A stretch of DNA of 64,000 nucleotides from Phoronis australis (Eukaryota > Animalia > Phoronida). Shown here piece after piece: positions 61,512 through 64,000 of this stretch. Made by a program: the position numbers and the translations under genes. The stretch spans positions 150,613-214,612 of the forward strand of contig NMRA01000052.1 in NCBI GenBank assembly GCA_002633005.1, in the 5' to 3' direction. Positions within the stretch are counted from its first letter, which is position 1; every line of letters begins with the position of its first letter. The notes below the pieces were generated by a model, which saw nothing but the letters and a program-made list of their open reading frames with translations, was not told the origin of the DNA and made no database searches.

Positions 61512-63039
61512 NTATCCGTGTATTGTGTTGTATTGCTCATGGTACGGGTTCAGACTCTGTTGTATTAAGATTCCAATCCCCAACCCTGTAATATGTAGTT
61601 TGAGTAAAATTTCTAGACAATGCAGGTTTATGGATTTATTCTCCTTCAAATGAAGAGTAAAAATCAAAGTCTGTACAGGTTTTTTTTAAAGTAATCACTT
61701 ATTAGAAGATCACACATCTAAAAAATAAAACAATGTTTGACAATTTTATTCATTATCTTATTTGAAAATTGGCTACCTCACAGACAACTCATCTAAGTTG
61801 AAAATATTCCTTGTGAAAAATATAAAATACCAACCAGAGACTTGTGTACTACAAAATATGTTTTCGGAATACAATGCAAAGATAACTGTACAGTCAAAAG
61901 TGCAAATGTTATGACTCTGATAAAAAAATGCCTTCTAGATCTTTTCAACACTCTAATTGCTACAGGACAGAGTCAACCACACAAAGTTCATAAAGTCAGG
62001 GAATTATATTTAAGGTGATGTAGTCTCACAGCGAAAAAGTGATTTCGCAATATCGCTGAAAACACTGGAAATCTCTTCTTCACAAACTTGAGGTAGCTGT
62101 ATTTACCACATCAATGTTCTTATCAAAACTAACCACCACAAAATGAAAAGTTGGCTTGTCGGTTCCAATAAGGCAGCATTTTACAATGAAATGGTCATGA
62201 AAAAATACTTTTGCAACATGGTTTGCGTTACAATTGCCCTACGATTACAGTTGTACATACATACTAGAACAGTAACAAAATTACCCATGGGAACCATAAA
62301 ATGGTCAATTCATCAAAAAAACAAGGAGCCACCAGAGCTAATGTGCCAATACTTTTCAGTACTGCAACAAAAAAATCATTTGAAGTGGACATGAACTCGC
62401 CTAAAATCACATAAAACAACTTTTGATTTAGATATTTTACCATCACGAAATAGGTATTAATTCCAGGTCACTTTTGAGCAATTTCAGAGCTTTGACACAC
62501 AGCATGGTCTCAATGAATAGCAAACTGTCAATTCGCTACAATTCCAGAAATCACTTCCCATCTGGATAAGGAACAAACTGAGCAAAGTTTATAGAGGTAA
62601 ATGGTCTAAATCAAAACTTATTACCTCCTGGACAGACCCAGACAGAAAGATAAGTTAACAAAACCAGCCTAACTGCAACAGGGTCTCAAATTTCAGTAAT
62701 ATATACCCATTTACAAACAAAAATCTATAAAGGTAAATAAAATGCTGAAACATAAATTCAGATCAATTACGCATCGTCAAGGAAAAGGAATAGTACAGTG
62801 GTCAGAAATCATCTAAATGTGATGGTGACACTGAGAAATCCTGTCAGACCAAAAAATCCAGTGGCTAAACAAAATGAACAATGTACCATTACCATGTTGC
62901 CCAGGATCATAATCCGTGCCTGGACAAAAATTCAGTCTTAGACTAGGTGAATTTTAGATTTGTGCTGTTCACACAAGCAGTTCTGGTGCAAACAAAGCTT
63001 GTGACAACACAAAGCCTACTTCCCTACACAGCTGTGCTG

Positions 63040-63490
63040 ATACAATAATGCCCCCACTGGATTTAGCAGATCAGCCAGAGTATTTACAAGTCCAGCCACT
63101 GTACTGTTTCCTCCCTTTGAATTTTTACAATGCTACATCCTTGACAATCGCAGATTGCCTCTTTCTATGCATACTCCACTTCGTCTGTCCCAGTTTCCCC
63201 ACATTTGCTGAAAGTGGCCTATCTCAACAAATTACTTGGGACCTGTTGTGGTATAAGCCAGTAATCTTTGGCAAATACTTTTTCCCCAACTCGTTCCTCA
63301 AAGGTACAAATTCTCTTTGACATATCTTCTGGGAGTAGACTTTTCGGCCTCTCTCTAGCCCCTTCACTTAGTTGTCCAGAAGGGTACCTTCTTGCTGGTT
63401 GTGAACTTTTCCATACCCAACCTTTACTAATAATCGGCAAGTCTCCAACTTCAGCAGAAGCCACTTCTTCAGCATAAGCCTTTCCTGATT
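63040..63490 (-). pseudogene. Unidentified exon-like or degenerate coding fragment
   Basis: Acceptor ttttaag at about 63491 opens a frame (SGKAYAEEVASAEVGDLPIISKGWVWK...) that reads about 90 codons, then continues with in-frame stops. Product not recognised; may be transposon-derived. Confidence 0.25.
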
Positions 63491-64000
63491 CTTAAAATTG
63501 TATTAATGAAAAATTAAACATATTAAATTTAATGTGGCCATTTCGGCTCACAAAATATGAATACTAAGCTAAAGTGAAGGCACCGATATTTTTGACGGCT
63601 TTAGCATGTTTAATTACTTCATAATCGCAGAAAATCATTGGTAGACAAAACATACTCCCTAGTCTCTAAAAGTAGTTCATGGGCAGAAGTCATGTTACAC
63701 ATTTGGTGGTTGTTTTGAAAAGTTATGATGACTACCTATTTTCTATGCCAATGTATACATGTAGTTGCATAAACATCAACACATTTGAATAAGATATGAT
63801 TAAGCAATAAGGCCCAAGTTATAAGCAATCACGGTGTGTCAATAAAAGTATTTTTGCATGAATGACGTGCTTCTAAAAATATTCCTCAGGGTCAGACCCT
63901 GGAGTTTAGAGATTCCTACCTGCGCTCACACGAAGCAGGACGTTGAACCTTGACTTAACGTCTTTGGTCATTTTTCAGACCTCTATCAGATTTCTCCTCT

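Noticed and set aside
60696-61667. Long ORFs of 273-323 aa (also 9098-9709)
   Set aside because: Artefacts of N runs.

Overview
Eukaryotic (invertebrate, probably lophotrochozoan/molluscan by repeat and gene content; inference) AT-rich genomic DNA with spliceosomal introns and three N gaps. Most ORFs in the supplied track are spurious. Rebuilding exons by hand from splice sites and reading frames gives two gene clusters. (1) + strand, 3.4-11.7 kb: two tandem double-hotdog, acyl-ACP/acyl-CoA thioesterase-like units. Unit 1 lacks the N-x-H-x-N catalytic residues. Unit 2 has an intact D-x-D-x-N-x-H-x-N motif and a C-terminal SKL peroxisomal signal. Their splice phases allow either two genes or one 600-aa fusion. 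(2) - strand, 18.7-54.1 kb: three tandem type II membrane TNF-superfamily ligand genes (TRAIL-like) with the same 4-exon layout (intron phases 0/1/1, 37-nt exon 2). The middle gene has two intact tandem copies of exon 3, candidates for mutually exclusive splicing. Intergenic and intronic DNA carries many MITEs (CA..TG-ended with 5-6 bp TSDs, and CCWGG-ended), Helentron-like elements, tRNA-derived SINE fragments and a degraded Academ-like transposon. All gene models are manual predictions without transcript evidence.
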